Positions 1 to 11,061 are shown, counted from the stretch's first letter. The stretch: 64,000 nt of DNA from an uncultured bacterium (GCA_963699255.1 OY969425.1:6070-70069); one strand, 5' to 3'. The notes: generated from the sequence alone by a model not told the origin. Made by a program: numbers and translations.

Positions 1-458
1 CATTTTTGGTGCCTTTATTTGTCTGTCCGCCCTGTCCGGAATACATGCCTCCGGTGTTCTCGCGGATGACGGTATAATCGATCTCTTTAGGCCCCTTTCC
101 TTTTATGGGGCACTCGACGCCCGGATAAAGCTTTACCGGCCTCAGGTTGATGTATTGATCAAGGTCAAAACGGATCTTGAGTAGAAGCCCTTTTTCAAGA
201 ATCCCCGGCTTTACTTTCGGGTCCCCGACGGCCGAAAGATATATGGCGTCGCTTTTTTTGAAATCGGCCATGACCTGGTCCGGAAGAACTTCGCCGGTCC
301 TTAAATATCTCGCGGCTCCGATGTCATGATATGTCAGATTCAACTTAAAGCCGAACTTATCCGCCGCCGCCATGATGACCTTGATCCCTTCGGCCATCAC
401 TTCCGGGCCGGTCCCGTCGCCTTTTATGACCGCGATGTTATATGTTTTTGCCATGTAT
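1..458 (-). CDS. leuB: 3-isopropylmalate dehydrogenase, N-terminal part; the gene continues past the window start
   Basis: Reverse-complement translation from ATG at 458 reads [20 protein letters not shown]...[17 protein letters not shown], the typical IPMDH/IDH-family N-terminus. It overlaps the leuD stop by 21 nt and sits next to leuD-leuC. Confidence 0.75.
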
Positions 459-938
459 CTTTGTCCTTACATACTCTATGAGCCCGCCCGCCTTTATTAT
501 CTGCTGCATGAAAGGCGGGAACGAGGTCGCTTTATAATTCTTTTTTGTCGTGACGTTCCTTATCTCGCCGATGGTCAGCTCTATCTCGATCTCGTCGCCA
601 TCTGTGATGCCGTCCACAGCTTCTTTTGATTCAAGTATCGGCAATCCTATATTGATGGCATTGCGATAGAAGATCCTCGCGAAAGATTTGGCGATGACCG
701 CCGATATCCCCGCCGCCTTTATCGCAATAGGCGCGTGCTCGCGTGAAGATCCGCAGCCGAAGTTCTCTCCGCCTACTATGATGTCGTTCACCTTCATCCT
801 GTTAACGAAGCGCGGATCAGCGTCTTCCATCACGTGTTTCGCGAGTTCCGCCGGGTCGTGAGTGTTCAGGTACCTCGCGGGGATTATCGCGTCGGTGTCA
901 ATATTGTCTCCGAATTTATGCGCTTTCCCTAATAACAT
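438..938 (-). CDS. leuD: 3-isopropylmalate dehydratase small subunit
   Basis: 166-aa ORF with the LeuD signature, [42 protein letters not shown]. Confidence 0.9.
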   Translation of the reverse strand: MLLGKAHKFGDNIDTDAIIPARYLNTHDPAELAKHVMEDADPRFVNRMKVNDIIVGGENFGCGSSREHAPIAIKAAGISAVIAKSFARIFYRNAINIGLPILESKEAVDGITDGDEIEIELTIGEIRNVTTKKNYKATSFPPFMQQIIKAGGLIEYVRTKIHGKNI

Positions 939-1012
939 GGTAACCTTTCTTTGTCATCCTGAATTTATTTCAGGATCTCAAATGCGGATTCCGAAACAAG
1001 TTCGGAATGACA

Positions 1013-2293
1013 TTATAACTCTTCCGGGCTTCCGATGCGCCCCAGCACCGCCGATGCCGCCGCGACCGCCACATTTGAGAGATATACTTCCGATTTAGGA
1101 TGCCCCATGCGGCCCACAAAATTCCTGTTGGTGGTGGATAACGCTTTCTCGCCTTCCGCGAGGACTCCCATATGCCCGCCAAGGCACGGCCCGCAGGTCG
1201 GCGTTGAGACCGCGCATTGCGCGTCTATAAAGATGTCCATAAGGCCTTCTTTCACCATCTGTTTCACGATCATCTGGGTGGCGGGAAGTATTATCACTCT
1301 CAGGTCCTTATGTTTTTTCCTGCCTTTAAGTATCTTTGCCGCGATCCTCATGTCCTCGATCCTTCCGTTGGTGCAGGAGCCGATCACCACCTGGTCAAGC
1401 TTCACGTTCAGCCTGGATGCCTCGGATATCGGCTTGGCATTCGACGGCAGGCTGGGGAAAGCGACCTGAGGCTCGATCTCGGCGCAGTTATACTCGATCA
1501 CCCTGGCGTATGCCGCATCCGGATCGCTCTTATATAGTGTATAGCTTCTTTTAATGTTGTTCCTTTTAATGACATCTTTGACATATTTGACGGTAATGTC
1601 ATCCGGCTCTATTATCCCGTTCTTCCCGCCGGCTTCAATGGCCATGTTCGCCATGGTGAACCTCTGATCCATCGATAGGGCCTTTATCGCGTCGCCGGTG
1701 AACTCCATGGACATGTATCTGGCACCGTCAACCCCGATATTGCCGATCGTATAAAGTATCAGGTCTTTTCCCTCGACCCATTTGTTCATCTTGCCTTTGT
1801 ACACGAACTTAATGGTTTCCGGCACCTTGAGCCAGACCTCGCCTGTTGCCATGGCCGCGGCCATGTCAGTGGAGCCGACGCCCGTGGAGAACGCGCCAAG
1901 CGCTCCGTACGTACAGGTATGGGAATCCGCGCCTATTACAAGGTCGCCGGGAAGGACAAGCCCGAGTTCAGGGAGCAGCGCGTGTTCTATCCCGACGCAT
2001 CCGATCTCAAAGAAATTCGTGATATTGAATTTTCGGGCGAATTCCCTGAGCATCTTTACCTGCTGAGCTGACTTTATGTCCTTGTTCGGCGTGAAGTGGT
2101 CGGGGACCAGCGCTATCCGGTCTTTGTCGAATACCTTATCCACCCCGATCCTCTCGAATTCCTTTATGGCTGTGGGCGCGGTGATGTCGTTGCCCAGGAC
2201 AAGGTCTGTCCTGGCATTGATCAGCTCTCCCGCGGAGACTTTTGATCTGCCGCAGTGGGCCGCAAGTATCTTTTCGGTTATCGTCATTGCCAT
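1013..2293 (-). CDS. leuC: 3-isopropylmalate dehydratase large subunit (aconitase family)
   Basis: 426-aa ORF with the aconitase-family Fe-S motifs [15 protein letters not shown] and STPTCGPC. It lies immediately upstream of leuD. Confidence 0.9.
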   Translation of the reverse strand: MAMTITEKILAAHCGRSKVSAGELINARTDLVLGNDITAPTAIKEFERIGVDKVFDKDRIALVPDHFTPNKDIKSAQQVKMLREFARKFNITNFFEIGCVGIEHALLPELGLVLPGDLVIGADSHTCTYGALGAFSTGVGSTDMAAAMATGEVWLKVPETIKFVYKGKMNKWVEGKDLILYTIGNIGVDGARYMSMEFTGDAIKALSMDQRFTMANMAIEAGGKNGIIEPDDITVKYVKDVIKRNNIKRSYTLYKSDPDAAYARVIEYNCAEIEPQVAFPSLPSNAKPISEASRLNVKLDQVVIGSCTNGRIEDMRIAAKILKGRKKHKDLRVIILPATQMIVKQMVKEGLMDIFIDAQCAVSTPTCGPCLGGHMGVLAEGEKALSTTNRNFVGRMGHPKSEVYLSNVAVAAASAVLGRIGSPEEL

Positions 2294-2331
2294 GATGGTT
2301 AGATTTTAGCAGAAAATATTTTAAATTAAAC

Positions 2332-2362
2332 TGAAATTTTCCCATGAATATTACGATAATAA
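2332..2362 (+). promoter_or_regulatory. recurrent promoter-like motif, CTGAAAT-N16-CGATAAT
   Basis: ctgaaattttcccatgaatattacgataataacg lies in the divergent leuC / 2498 intergenic region. It matches the motif found upstream of 10 other genes in this window. Confidence 0.4.
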
Positions 2363-2497
2363 CGCGGAGGAAAAAGCGGCCTACGAAAGCAAATACCTTA
2401 ATGATTGAAATTTTCGCGTGAAACTGACGATATATAAAGAGGGAAGAAGCACAAATGTTTTGAGTCACGACGTTCGGCAACGTCACAGGAAGGATAC

Positions 2498-5200
2498 ATG
2501 ATGATGAATGTTTCAAAAATGACTTTAGGGACAAGACAACCGGGTTTGAACCATCCTGTCAGTTATCGGGGGAGGATCCTTTCGCTAATTTCTCCTGAAT
2601 ATGCAATTCACCCGGATTCAGAAAAAATTGGAAAGATCATACATAATATAGCCCTCTGGCACGCAAGTATCGGAATAAGGACAAATGTTATAATCCCGTA
2701 TTCCAGTAAACTTGATAACATTAATTGGGACCAGATCACATATAACCATCCGCATAATTTCTGCTATAAGGAATATGAGGGCATTCCTGTTTTCGCGATC
2801 GGGAAAGACAAGCCTTTTTCTAATGTAATTCCGCCTAAAGAAACCGGGTATGCCGATCTGATCCATTTTGGGGACGCATTATTATATTTTATGAATCTGA
2901 ACGACTACAGCAATCATCCAACGGCCTTATTGCATTTCTTTGATTATCCCATGGGGATCGCCATGGACTACATCAGCAAACAACTTAAAGGGAACCCAAT
3001 TGCGAGTAATATGATCTTTTCACCAATGGATCCGCAAAGAAACTTTCATAAATACAACATGGGAGGAATGGGAGTCGGCATGGAAAAAGTGGATGGGCTC
3101 GAAATGGGCGCTAATGTTGCGCATAGCGTCATGTTCTGGTCGGATAAGTTTTACAAGGAGCTTCAAGGTAGTCATATGTTCTACGAATTCCTTAGGGTAA
3201 CTGGCGACAAAGCGGTTAAGTTGCCCGGTAGCTGGCAGCCTAATGTATTGGATAATATCTCGGAAAAAACATTAAGAGAGATGCAGGAAGTATATATGGG
3301 CACGTTATATAAAAAAGGGATAGATAGGTCAATACATTTTATGACTGAACCGGACACGAAAATGTTCATGGACAAGGTTTACTACTTCATTCCCGAACCC
3401 TCAGACATAGCGAAACCTTCCAGAAAAATAGTGCTCAAAGATGCTTTAAGGCATGTCGCAAGTGACCTGGACAATATAATTGTCGGTGGACTCAGAGGAG
3501 TGAAGATACTTGGCGGAGGAAGGGACAAGGATGTGTTCTACGATTACTGGGAGAATCTGGGAGGTTTAACCGCTCTTCTGGAACAGGTCATAGTGGATAA
3601 CCGGGGGAGAGCGGACGTTGATGTAAAGGGAGCAAGATACCTTCTTTTGGCAGATGCGGGAGATTTTAAAAGAGGCGGGGTAATGGCCCAGGCGCTAGGA
3701 ATTGAAGCTCTAAAAAGTTTGACGCCGGAAGGGGAGAACACACTTGGCATTAATTGTATCAAACAGGCTCCGATCTTTTTCCGTCAGCTGCCTGATCACG
3801 GGAAGGGGTGGATAGTTTTTTCCGCTTCGGACAATAAATGGCTGCCGGATGGTTCGCCAAAAACGGGGAAAAAATATTTATGGGAGTCAAAGTCCAAGAT
3901 AATCCTTACCGGGAAGCCGGCCGCCAATGTGGAGGCTGTAAAAGGCCTGGGTTGTTGGGTCGCTGATGAAGCCGGAAAGATCCAATTGTTCGCGGAGAAA
4001 GCTTCGCCGGATGTGGTTAAAAACGCCTTGGATAACCTGGGATTGGCAGAGGAAGATATAAACTTGAACCCTTTCGTTTTCGCGATCAAATACGATATTG
4101 CTGAAAAAATAGTGAACTTATACAAGGATACGCCATGCAAGAAGGACGGAAAAGCTTTTGTGACCACGTATCCCCTGGATATTTCGAGCCATTTTATTTT
4201 CCCGACAACGCTTAAAAAGGGGGAATGGCAAAGGATATACGAGATATTACAGCAGGTCAGAAAAGGCAAGGTGGCTGATGAGGTTTATGATGAAGCTACC
4301 GAGAACGGGTTAAATCTGGTCGCGATAGCGAAAGGGATGAAAAAGTTTGAAAAAGAGAGGATAGGGCAGGTATTTGATAATCTGGAGGATTGGATGATGA
4401 TATATGAGATGGCGCAGAAAATAAAACTTGATGCAAATGATATCGCGGGAGCAAGCATCGGGCCGAATTGCCAGTGGAATGATTACGGGACCCTTGAAGA
4501 AATGATCGAAAAGATGTGGATGGCGGCTTTTGATAACAAGGAGCAGGTCAGATCTGTCGCAAGAAGAAGAACAGGGTTTCCTGAGGACAACAACGATATG
4601 AGCGTTGATATGGAACAAATCAAAACGTATGTAACATTCATTGATCCAGTAACCAATGATGTCATGGATCTCGAGGACGGGGAAATTCCGGAAAAGGTGA
4701 TAATACAAGATGTTAATTTTGATCATCCGGTCCAGATCGTTGCCGATAGAGTGATATTGCATGATGTTGTACTGGGAGAGGGAGTGAAAAGGATACCGGC
4801 GAATACCATCATTTCCAGAGGGGAAATAGATGAGCTGGAAGAAGCTCCCGACCAACCCAAAAGAATATCGCATCAGCCGGCGCTAATATTCAATTGTCAT
4901 AAAAAGGGCAAGGTCATTGTTTACAGAGGCATGGCACACGCATCCCTTAGTCTTGCGTATGTTGATAATGCGGATCTTATCGCACAGGGTTTACATGCAT
5001 CAGAAACGCCGCTGGCGTTAAGCCCCATATATTTCGATCTTAAGGAGGAAATCTTGAAACAGAACAATTATCAACTGTATCCCGGCATTAATCTGCTTGA
5101 ACCGGGACTGAACATGCTGGATCAGTCGTTCATCATAGAAGATGAAAATGGCAAGCCGAAGCTTTTGGGCCTGAACTTTTTCCAGGTCAAGAGCGATTGA
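2498..5200 (+). CDS. large hypothetical protein, paralog A (900 aa)
   Basis: Long ORF. It is collinear with the next gene along its whole length, with shared motifs HNFC, HFFDYPMG, FSPMDP, ADAGDFKRGG, WESK/NAKII, FVTTYP.DIS.HFIFPTTL, YRGMAHASLSL and YPGINLLEP. No recognisable domain. Confidence 0.7.
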   Translation: MMMNVSKMTLGTRQPGLNHPVSYRGRILSLISPEYAIHPDSEKIGKIIHNIALWHASIGIRTNVIIPYSSKLDNINWDQITYNHPHNFCYKEYEGIPVFAIGKDKPFSNVIPPKETGYADLIHFGDALLYFMNLNDYSNHPTALLHFFDYPMGIAMDYISKQLKGNPIASNMIFSPMDPQRNFHKYNMGGMGVGMEKVDGLEMGANVAHSVMFWSDKFYKELQGSHMFYEFLRVTGDKAVKLPGSWQPNVLDNISEKTLREMQEVYMGTLYKKGIDRSIHFMTEPDTKMFMDKVYYFIPEPSDIAKPSRKIVLKDALRHVASDLDNIIVGGLRGVKILGGGRDKDVFYDYWENLGGLTALLEQVIVDNRGRADVDVKGARYLLLADAGDFKRGGVMAQALGIEALKSLTPEGENTLGINCIKQAPIFFRQLPDHGKGWIVFSASDNKWLPDGSPKTGKKYLWESKSKIILTGKPAANVEAVKGLGCWVADEAGKIQLFAEKASPDVVKNALDNLGLAEEDINLNPFVFAIKYDIAEKIVNLYKDTPCKKDGKAFVTTYPLDISSHFIFPTTLKKGEWQRIYEILQQVRKGKVADEVYDEATENGLNLVAIAKGMKKFEKERIGQVFDNLEDWMMIYEMAQKIKLDANDIAGASIGPNCQWNDYGTLEEMIEKMWMAAFDNKEQVRSVARRRTGFPEDNNDMSVDMEQIKTYVTFIDPVTNDVMDLEDGEIPEKVIIQDVNFDHPVQIVADRVILHDVVLGEGVKRIPANTIISRGEIDELEEAPDQPKRISHQPALIFNCHKKGKVIVYRGMAHASLSLAYVDNADLIAQGLHASETPLALSPIYFDLKEEILKQNNYQLYPGINLLEPGLNMLDQSFIIEDENGKPKLLGLNFFQVKSD

Positions 5201-5265
5201 TGCTGTTTAAAGGAAATGCGGAATTTTAAGATCCGGAGTTTGTCAAGTTTTTAGGAGGACTTATC

Positions 5266-7962
5266 ATGGACAGGCTAACAAGGACATCAGGAACAATGAG
5301 CCATCCTATCAGTTATCAGGGAAGGACCGTCTGGCTCGTTTCTCCCGAGCACATTATCCATCCGGGATGCGGGAAAATGGGGAAGATCGTACATGAGATA
5401 GCTCTGTCGAACACAAAAGCCGGAACAAATACCAATATAATAATTCCATATTCGGAGAAACTGGCTGATGTTAAATGGGACGTAAGTACGCGTAATTATA
5501 CTCATAATTTTTGCTTTAGGAAGGTTGATAATATTAGCATTTTCGCGGTCGGACGCGACCAGCCCTGGTCCGAGGTGGTGCCGGCTCAAGATAAATACTA
5601 CGAGTATGTACAATTTGCGGACGCGCTGAATTATTTTATTCATCTGCACGCTTTTACGCAAGATCCCGCCGCGATCATGCATTTCTTTGATTATCCCATG
5701 GGTTTTGCTATGAGCAATCTTAAGAGCACTCTAAGATATAATGCGAACAATTCTGATCTGATGAACAATATAATATTTTCGCCAATGGATCCGCTTAATT
5801 TTAACAAACGATATAATACAGGCGACCTTTATAACATAGACGGACTTGAATCGGGCGCTAACGCGGCGCATAAAGTGATGTTCTGGTCAGAGAAATTCTA
5901 CGATGATATCAAACGAAGCAATAGGTTCCCGGAGTTTTTAAGCGCGGCCAGCGGCAAAGAGGATATTATGCCCGGCGGCTGGCAGCCCAGAATGACGGAA
6001 ACGATCCCTCAGGTAACGATACGGGGGATGCGGGCGGGGTACATGGACACATTGTATAAAAGCGGGCTTGATCGCTCGTTCCATTTTATGGCAAGACCAG
6101 GCGTAAAAATGGACAAAGTTTTCTATTTCATTCCTGAACCATCCGATACAGGGAAACCTTCCAGGAAATCTGTGATCAGAAAGTCGTTAAGACGCGTCGA
6201 GAATGAAATGGATAGTATAGTAAAAAATGGCATAGACGGAATTAAGATGCTTGGCGGAGGAAGGGACAATGTGTTCTACGATTACTGGGGGAACCTGGGG
6301 GGATTGGTCGCTTTTCTTGAGCAAATGATGATTGAGAACACGACCAAAACGGAAGATGAAATAAAAAATGCCAGATATCTTTTCATGGCTGATGCCGGGG
6401 ATTTTAAGAGGGGCGGCGGAATTGCCCAGGCAAAAGGAGTGGAAGCTCTAAAAAGCATGACGCCGGAAGGGGATCGCACGCTCGGAATTAACTGCATTTT
6501 GCAGGCCCCCGTCTTTTTCCGGCAGCTGCCGGATGACGGAAAAGGATGGATAGTATACACGGCTTCGGACAATAAATGGATCCCCGACGGCACGCCAAGA
6601 ACGGGCAATAATTATTTGTGGGAATCAAACGCTAAAATTATCATCAGCGGGCGGCCGGCCGCAAATGTGGAAGCGGTAAGAGGACTGGGTTGTTGGATCA
6701 CCGATAAATTCGGCCAGGTCATATTTTTTGCCGAGAAAGCATCGCCGGAGGTGATCAGACACACCTTAAATAAGTTAGGCCTGAAGGAAGAAGATCTGTG
6801 CCTGAACACGTTCGTGTGGGCCATGAAATACGATCTTGCCAAAAAGATAGTGGATCTATATAAGAATAAAAAATGCAAGAAGATCATGAAGGGCAAACAA
6901 GAAGCAAAATGTTTTGTGACCACGTATCCTATGGACATTTCAACTCATTTTATCTTCCCGACAACTCTCACCCGGGCAGAATGGGAAAAAACATACGAAA
7001 TATTGCAGTATGTTAGAGCGAAAAAGGATACCTCCAAATTCAGCAATGAATTTACCGGACGCGGGCTAAGCCTGGTTGAGGTGGCGAAACAAATGAAAGG
7101 ATTTGAAAAAGAGGGGCCGGGCACTGATCAGGTCTTTAATGATCTGGATGATTGGATGACCATATATGATATGGCGAGCATTATTAACGAGGATGCAAAC
7201 GGCATAGATGGAGCGAATATCGGGAAGAATTGCCTGTGGAACGATTTCGGAGACCTTAAGAGTATGGTTAATGAAATGTATTTTGAAAATTTTTCAGACA
7301 ATGAATGGGCCAGAAAAGCCGAAAGAACGAGATCGGGATACCCTCTGGATAAGAACACTCAGAATGTTGACATGAATGAGATCAGGGACTATGTGAAATT
7401 CATAGACCCGGAATCCGGCAAGCCTATGCAGCTTGCCGAGGGGGAGATACCTGAAAAGGTGATATTAAATAATGTGAGCTTTGATCATCCTGTTGAAATT
7501 GTCGCTGACAGGGTAATATTGGATGATGTAAAGCTTGGGAAAGGGGTCACAAAAATACCGGCAAATACTATCATTGCCAAAGGAGAAATAGAGGATCTGG
7601 AAGAAGCTCCAGATCAGTCCGAAACACTTTCGAAGATGCCGGCATTGATATTCAATTGCCATAAAAAAGGCAAAGTACTTGTTTATAGGGGCATGGCACA
7701 TGCGTCTCTTAGCCTTGAATATGTCGACCAAAAAGATCTCAACGAGCAGGGTTTATCACCCTCTGACACGCCACTGACATTAACTCCCATCCTTTTCAAT
7801 TTAAAAGCACCCATTAATGAGCAAGACGACTATATACTGTACCCGGGAATTAATCTGCTTGAACCAGAATTTAGCATGTTAGAGCAGTCGTTCATCATAG
7901 AAGATGAAAATGGCAAGCCGAAGCTATTGGGCCTGACCTTTTTCCAGGTTAAGGGCGACTGA
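5266..7962 (+). CDS. large hypothetical protein, paralog B (898 aa)
   Basis: Tandem paralog of 2498..5200. A GGAGG RBS precedes the ATG. The last ~40 nt of coding DNA are almost identical to paralog A. Confidence 0.7.
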   Translation: MDRLTRTSGTMSHPISYQGRTVWLVSPEHIIHPGCGKMGKIVHEIALSNTKAGTNTNIIIPYSEKLADVKWDVSTRNYTHNFCFRKVDNISIFAVGRDQPWSEVVPAQDKYYEYVQFADALNYFIHLHAFTQDPAAIMHFFDYPMGFAMSNLKSTLRYNANNSDLMNNIIFSPMDPLNFNKRYNTGDLYNIDGLESGANAAHKVMFWSEKFYDDIKRSNRFPEFLSAASGKEDIMPGGWQPRMTETIPQVTIRGMRAGYMDTLYKSGLDRSFHFMARPGVKMDKVFYFIPEPSDTGKPSRKSVIRKSLRRVENEMDSIVKNGIDGIKMLGGGRDNVFYDYWGNLGGLVAFLEQMMIENTTKTEDEIKNARYLFMADAGDFKRGGGIAQAKGVEALKSMTPEGDRTLGINCILQAPVFFRQLPDDGKGWIVYTASDNKWIPDGTPRTGNNYLWESNAKIIISGRPAANVEAVRGLGCWITDKFGQVIFFAEKASPEVIRHTLNKLGLKEEDLCLNTFVWAMKYDLAKKIVDLYKNKKCKKIMKGKQEAKCFVTTYPMDISTHFIFPTTLTRAEWEKTYEILQYVRAKKDTSKFSNEFTGRGLSLVEVAKQMKGFEKEGPGTDQVFNDLDDWMTIYDMASIINEDANGIDGANIGKNCLWNDFGDLKSMVNEMYFENFSDNEWARKAERTRSGYPLDKNTQNVDMNEIRDYVKFIDPESGKPMQLAEGEIPEKVILNNVSFDHPVEIVADRVILDDVKLGKGVTKIPANTIIAKGEIEDLEEAPDQSETLSKMPALIFNCHKKGKVLVYRGMAHASLSLEYVDQKDLNEQGLSPSDTPLTLTPILFNLKAPINEQDDYILYPGINLLEPEFSMLEQSFIIEDENGKPKLLGLTFFQVKGD

Positions 7963-8037
7963 TGTTTTATATTCAATGTTTTCAAAGCCAAGAGAATAGT
8001 TTTACGGGTATTTTGAATATTAACGAGATAACAAGTT

Positions 8038-11000
8038 ATGGTAGAACGCACTAGGGACATAAGCCATCTGCCTGTAGCGCGGTTCAATTCGCGTTCATGC
8101 GGGATCACGTCAAAAATACCCTCAATTAAAGCCGGCCGTGATGTCGTATCGTCGACTAAAAGAATATTGATCATGTTCAAGCCGGATTGTCTGGCGTACG
8201 GAATGGTCCCGGAGACGCTCCAGCTTTTAAAGAAAGGGCTTGACCGCGAAAAGATAGATGCCCGTTTTGCAGGTCTGGTCCTCCTTAATTTAACGCCTCA
8301 GCTGACGGACAGGATATATGCGGAACATGTTGGAAAGGATTGGTACGAAGGACTATTCAAACCATTCATGACCGCAAAGCACCCGAACGAAAAAGCTGTT
8401 CGTGCCCCGATCATCGCGGCAATGCTGGAAGTAAGAAATGACGCCAGCCGGGATGTTGTCAGCGTGATAAGGAAGAACGTCATCGGCCCCACCGATGTAG
8501 AAGAGTACGAAAATAAAGATGAAATAAAGGACACATTAAGATACAAACTGATACTGGAAAAAGGATTGTTAACATGGCCGTTCCCGGAGGATCCCAAAGG
8601 CCCGAATTACAACAGGATACATTGTTCTGCAAATGAAAAAATCGCGGGAGATGAACTTTACCCGGTTTTTGGCATAAAAGGCATTTTGTCCAAACTTTAT
8701 GAACCGTCCGCGGTAAAGGATGTTCTGTCAGGCTGGAGCCAGCAGGGTTATGCCGATGTCCCCGGCGTGATCAGGATACCGATTCATGAGTATCTTGGGG
8801 CTGATCCGGTGATCTTTTCCAGAAAGATCATCAGGGCCTTCAGTGACAATGGATGCGTATATAAGGACTTTGATGAGATCAAGGCTGAACAATTGATAAG
8901 GTCATTGAATGACATGCGGGAGATGATCCAGGGCCAGGAGTTTTTTTTTAACAAGGTAACCTCTTCGATCGACCCCACAGATCCCATAAATCCTTTAAAA
9001 CCAAGAGTTGTAGCAATATTTGGCGCCCCCGGAAGCGGAAAAACCACCATTTCAGACATATTAAAGAATAAAGGCGTCGTTTCCATTCTGCCTTTGACCG
9101 TGAATGAAGAAAGAGAAAAAAGCGGAGCGACGGAATATGAGCTCAGATCAAAGACCGAAATATTGCGGATGATCCGGGAGAATGAATTCGTCGGATGGGA
9201 AATCCTTGCCGGCAATTATTATGGAATATCAAAACGGACCGCGGAAATGATCCTGAGATCTTCCGGCAAAACTTTCGCTCTGCTGGCCGGGCCAACAATT
9301 GTTTATCCATTAAGGGAAGCGCTCAAGGGGAAAGCGGACTTTTATCAGGTGATGTTCAAAGTGCCCCCGAATGACCTTGCTTCAAGGATCACAAAACGCG
9401 CGACCGTCCGGGACAGGGAAAGGGGCATCGCTTTATCCCTTGAGACTCAAAAATGGATGGAGGAAAGTTTCGGGAATTTCGACCTCATAACGGAAAACCC
9501 GAACAGCGAAAGTGAAACGGCGGCGGCTCAAAAGCTGATCGATTTTCTGGCCAAGCCCCAAAACGTAGAATTCGACCGCAAAAAAGAAGCTTCAACTCTG
9601 GCGGCTACTTATCCATATAATGCCGTGGAAATGTTCAAGGACCAGAGACAGAGTTTCAGTAATAAGGATATTGTAACCCTTGAAAAACAAGTCATGTCCC
9701 TTGTGGGGACTACAATTGAAGCTATGTACCGCGCGGTCAGGAGCTCGCTTCCCGCGGAGACGGACCTGGGAGTCGAATTCAATGAATTTTTGTCCGGCTT
9801 GATATTGCATACCGCAAAAGTACTGGTCGCCGGTATTCAGCTTAGATCGTTCCAATATGAAGATATTACCGCGAGCCCGATCAAGTTCGGCAGGATAGGA
9901 CTGTGCAGCTCAAAAGAAAGGGCGGATAAACTTTATAAAAAGCTCAAGGATATCCAGAACAGGATGCCTCTTGAAGAAGAAATGCTTTTTGATCTTGTTC
10001 ATGATATCGGGAAAATGGAGAACATCATACAACATCCCGAAAAAGGTTATGAAATAGCGAAAAGGCTGAAAATGTTCGAAGGGTGGGGGGTTGAAGGGAT
10101 AGACACCGATGTCGATCTTATTGCCATAAAATGCTCGCATCTTATCGGCTCGTATATGTTGCCGGATAATTCGCTTATTGCCGTGGCAGATGAACTTTCC
10201 CATAAGGATGTGAAGAGCGTTCTTGCCAGGAAGGACGGGAGCGTGGACATGGAACGCATGAAAAACTTCCTGGAAAAGATATGTTTTTTCCCGTCCAAGG
10301 ACGCATCCGGATACAAGGATGGATGGTTGTTAGTTCTGTTCTCTGAAGGGTATTTTGCCTTTGGAGAATGGCTTTATTCCGTATTCAGCAGGAATTCGGA
10401 TAATTACGATAACGCGATAGCTGAAATTAAAAAGAGCAGCGCCGGGTCTAATATGGACAGGATAGCAAAGTGCGTTGCCATGGAGGATGCGGATGCCGAT
10501 GTCAACGGGCGAACATTCGAATATTACAGGGACAATATCGTAATGCCGAACGTCCGGGCCTGCGTTGATGAATGGGTATTCACGCAAAAAGACTGGGATC
10601 TGGTCGTGGGGAACCTCCATCATATAAGTAAACTCCGTTATTCAACGAACCTGATATGCGATTCCCTGCAGTGGATAGGGGCAAAAGGCGAAAAGATCGA
10701 GGACCTCAATAATTACAGGAATATGTTCAAGCTTTTCGTGATCATGGCTAAATCGCTCATCGCATTCTCAAAGGATCCATCGCGGCCCGGCGATTTTGAG
10801 TTCAGGTTCACATATGACGACGGCAAAGAGATAATGGGCCCGAAGAATTGGGGGCCGGCAATGGACTTTTGTAATGACCAGCTGGATATTTCAACCGGCG
10901 ATATTGAAAAAGTCGGCAACAGCATATCAATCGTTCCCAAAGAAAAAAGCAAGCTGCCGAACGTGGAAATTACCGAAGAAATCGTGGATGGATGCAGGTT

Positions 11001-11052
11001 GATCTCCTTCAAGCTTAAAGGTTATTCAGGGCAAAATCCCGCTTCAAAATAG
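8038..11052 (+). CDS. multidomain protein with NDK-like, guanylate-kinase-like and HD-phosphohydrolase domains plus a C-terminal region of unknown function (1004 aa)
   Basis: Residues ~40-180 read ILIMFKPDC...FAGLVLLNLTPQLTDRIYAEHVGKDWYEGLFKPFMT...APIIAAMLEVR, an NDK-like fold in which I cannot find the HGSD catalytic His. Residues ~330-490 have the P-loop AIFGAPGSGKTT, then TVNEEREKSG, GNYYGISKRT and LAGPTIV, matching GMP kinase. Residues ~590-700 have H...LVHDIGK, an HD motif. The start is uncertain; ATG at 8174 (MFKPD) is an alternative. Confidence 0.7.
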   Translation: MVERTRDISHLPVARFNSRSCGITSKIPSIKAGRDVVSSTKRILIMFKPDCLAYGMVPETLQLLKKGLDREKIDARFAGLVLLNLTPQLTDRIYAEHVGKDWYEGLFKPFMTAKHPNEKAVRAPIIAAMLEVRNDASRDVVSVIRKNVIGPTDVEEYENKDEIKDTLRYKLILEKGLLTWPFPEDPKGPNYNRIHCSANEKIAGDELYPVFGIKGILSKLYEPSAVKDVLSGWSQQGYADVPGVIRIPIHEYLGADPVIFSRKIIRAFSDNGCVYKDFDEIKAEQLIRSLNDMREMIQGQEFFFNKVTSSIDPTDPINPLKPRVVAIFGAPGSGKTTISDILKNKGVVSILPLTVNEEREKSGATEYELRSKTEILRMIRENEFVGWEILAGNYYGISKRTAEMILRSSGKTFALLAGPTIVYPLREALKGKADFYQVMFKVPPNDLASRITKRATVRDRERGIALSLETQKWMEESFGNFDLITENPNSESETAAAQKLIDFLAKPQNVEFDRKKEASTLAATYPYNAVEMFKDQRQSFSNKDIVTLEKQVMSLVGTTIEAMYRAVRSSLPAETDLGVEFNEFLSGLILHTAKVLVAGIQLRSFQYEDITASPIKFGRIGLCSSKERADKLYKKLKDIQNRMPLEEEMLFDLVHDIGKMENIIQHPEKGYEIAKRLKMFEGWGVEGIDTDVDLIAIKCSHLIGSYMLPDNSLIAVADELSHKDVKSVLARKDGSVDMERMKNFLEKICFFPSKDASGYKDGWLLVLFSEGYFAFGEWLYSVFSRNSDNYDNAIAEIKKSSAGSNMDRIAKCVAMEDADADVNGRTFEYYRDNIVMPNVRACVDEWVFTQKDWDLVVGNLHHISKLRYSTNLICDSLQWIGAKGEKIEDLNNYRNMFKLFVIMAKSLIAFSKDPSRPGDFEFRFTYDDGKEIMGPKNWGPAMDFCNDQLDISTGDIEKVGNSISIVPKEKSKLPNVEITEEIVDGCRLISFKLKGYSGQNPASK

Positions 11053-11061
11053 TCCTCAAAT

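Noticed and set aside
372-629. 85-aa + strand ORF
   Set aside because: It overlaps leuB/leuD, which are clearly coded on the - strand.
7963-8037. Weak variant of the promoter motif (ttgaatatt…cgagataac)
   Set aside because: Spacing and both half-sites deviate too far from the pattern seen at the 11 good sites to count as an instance.
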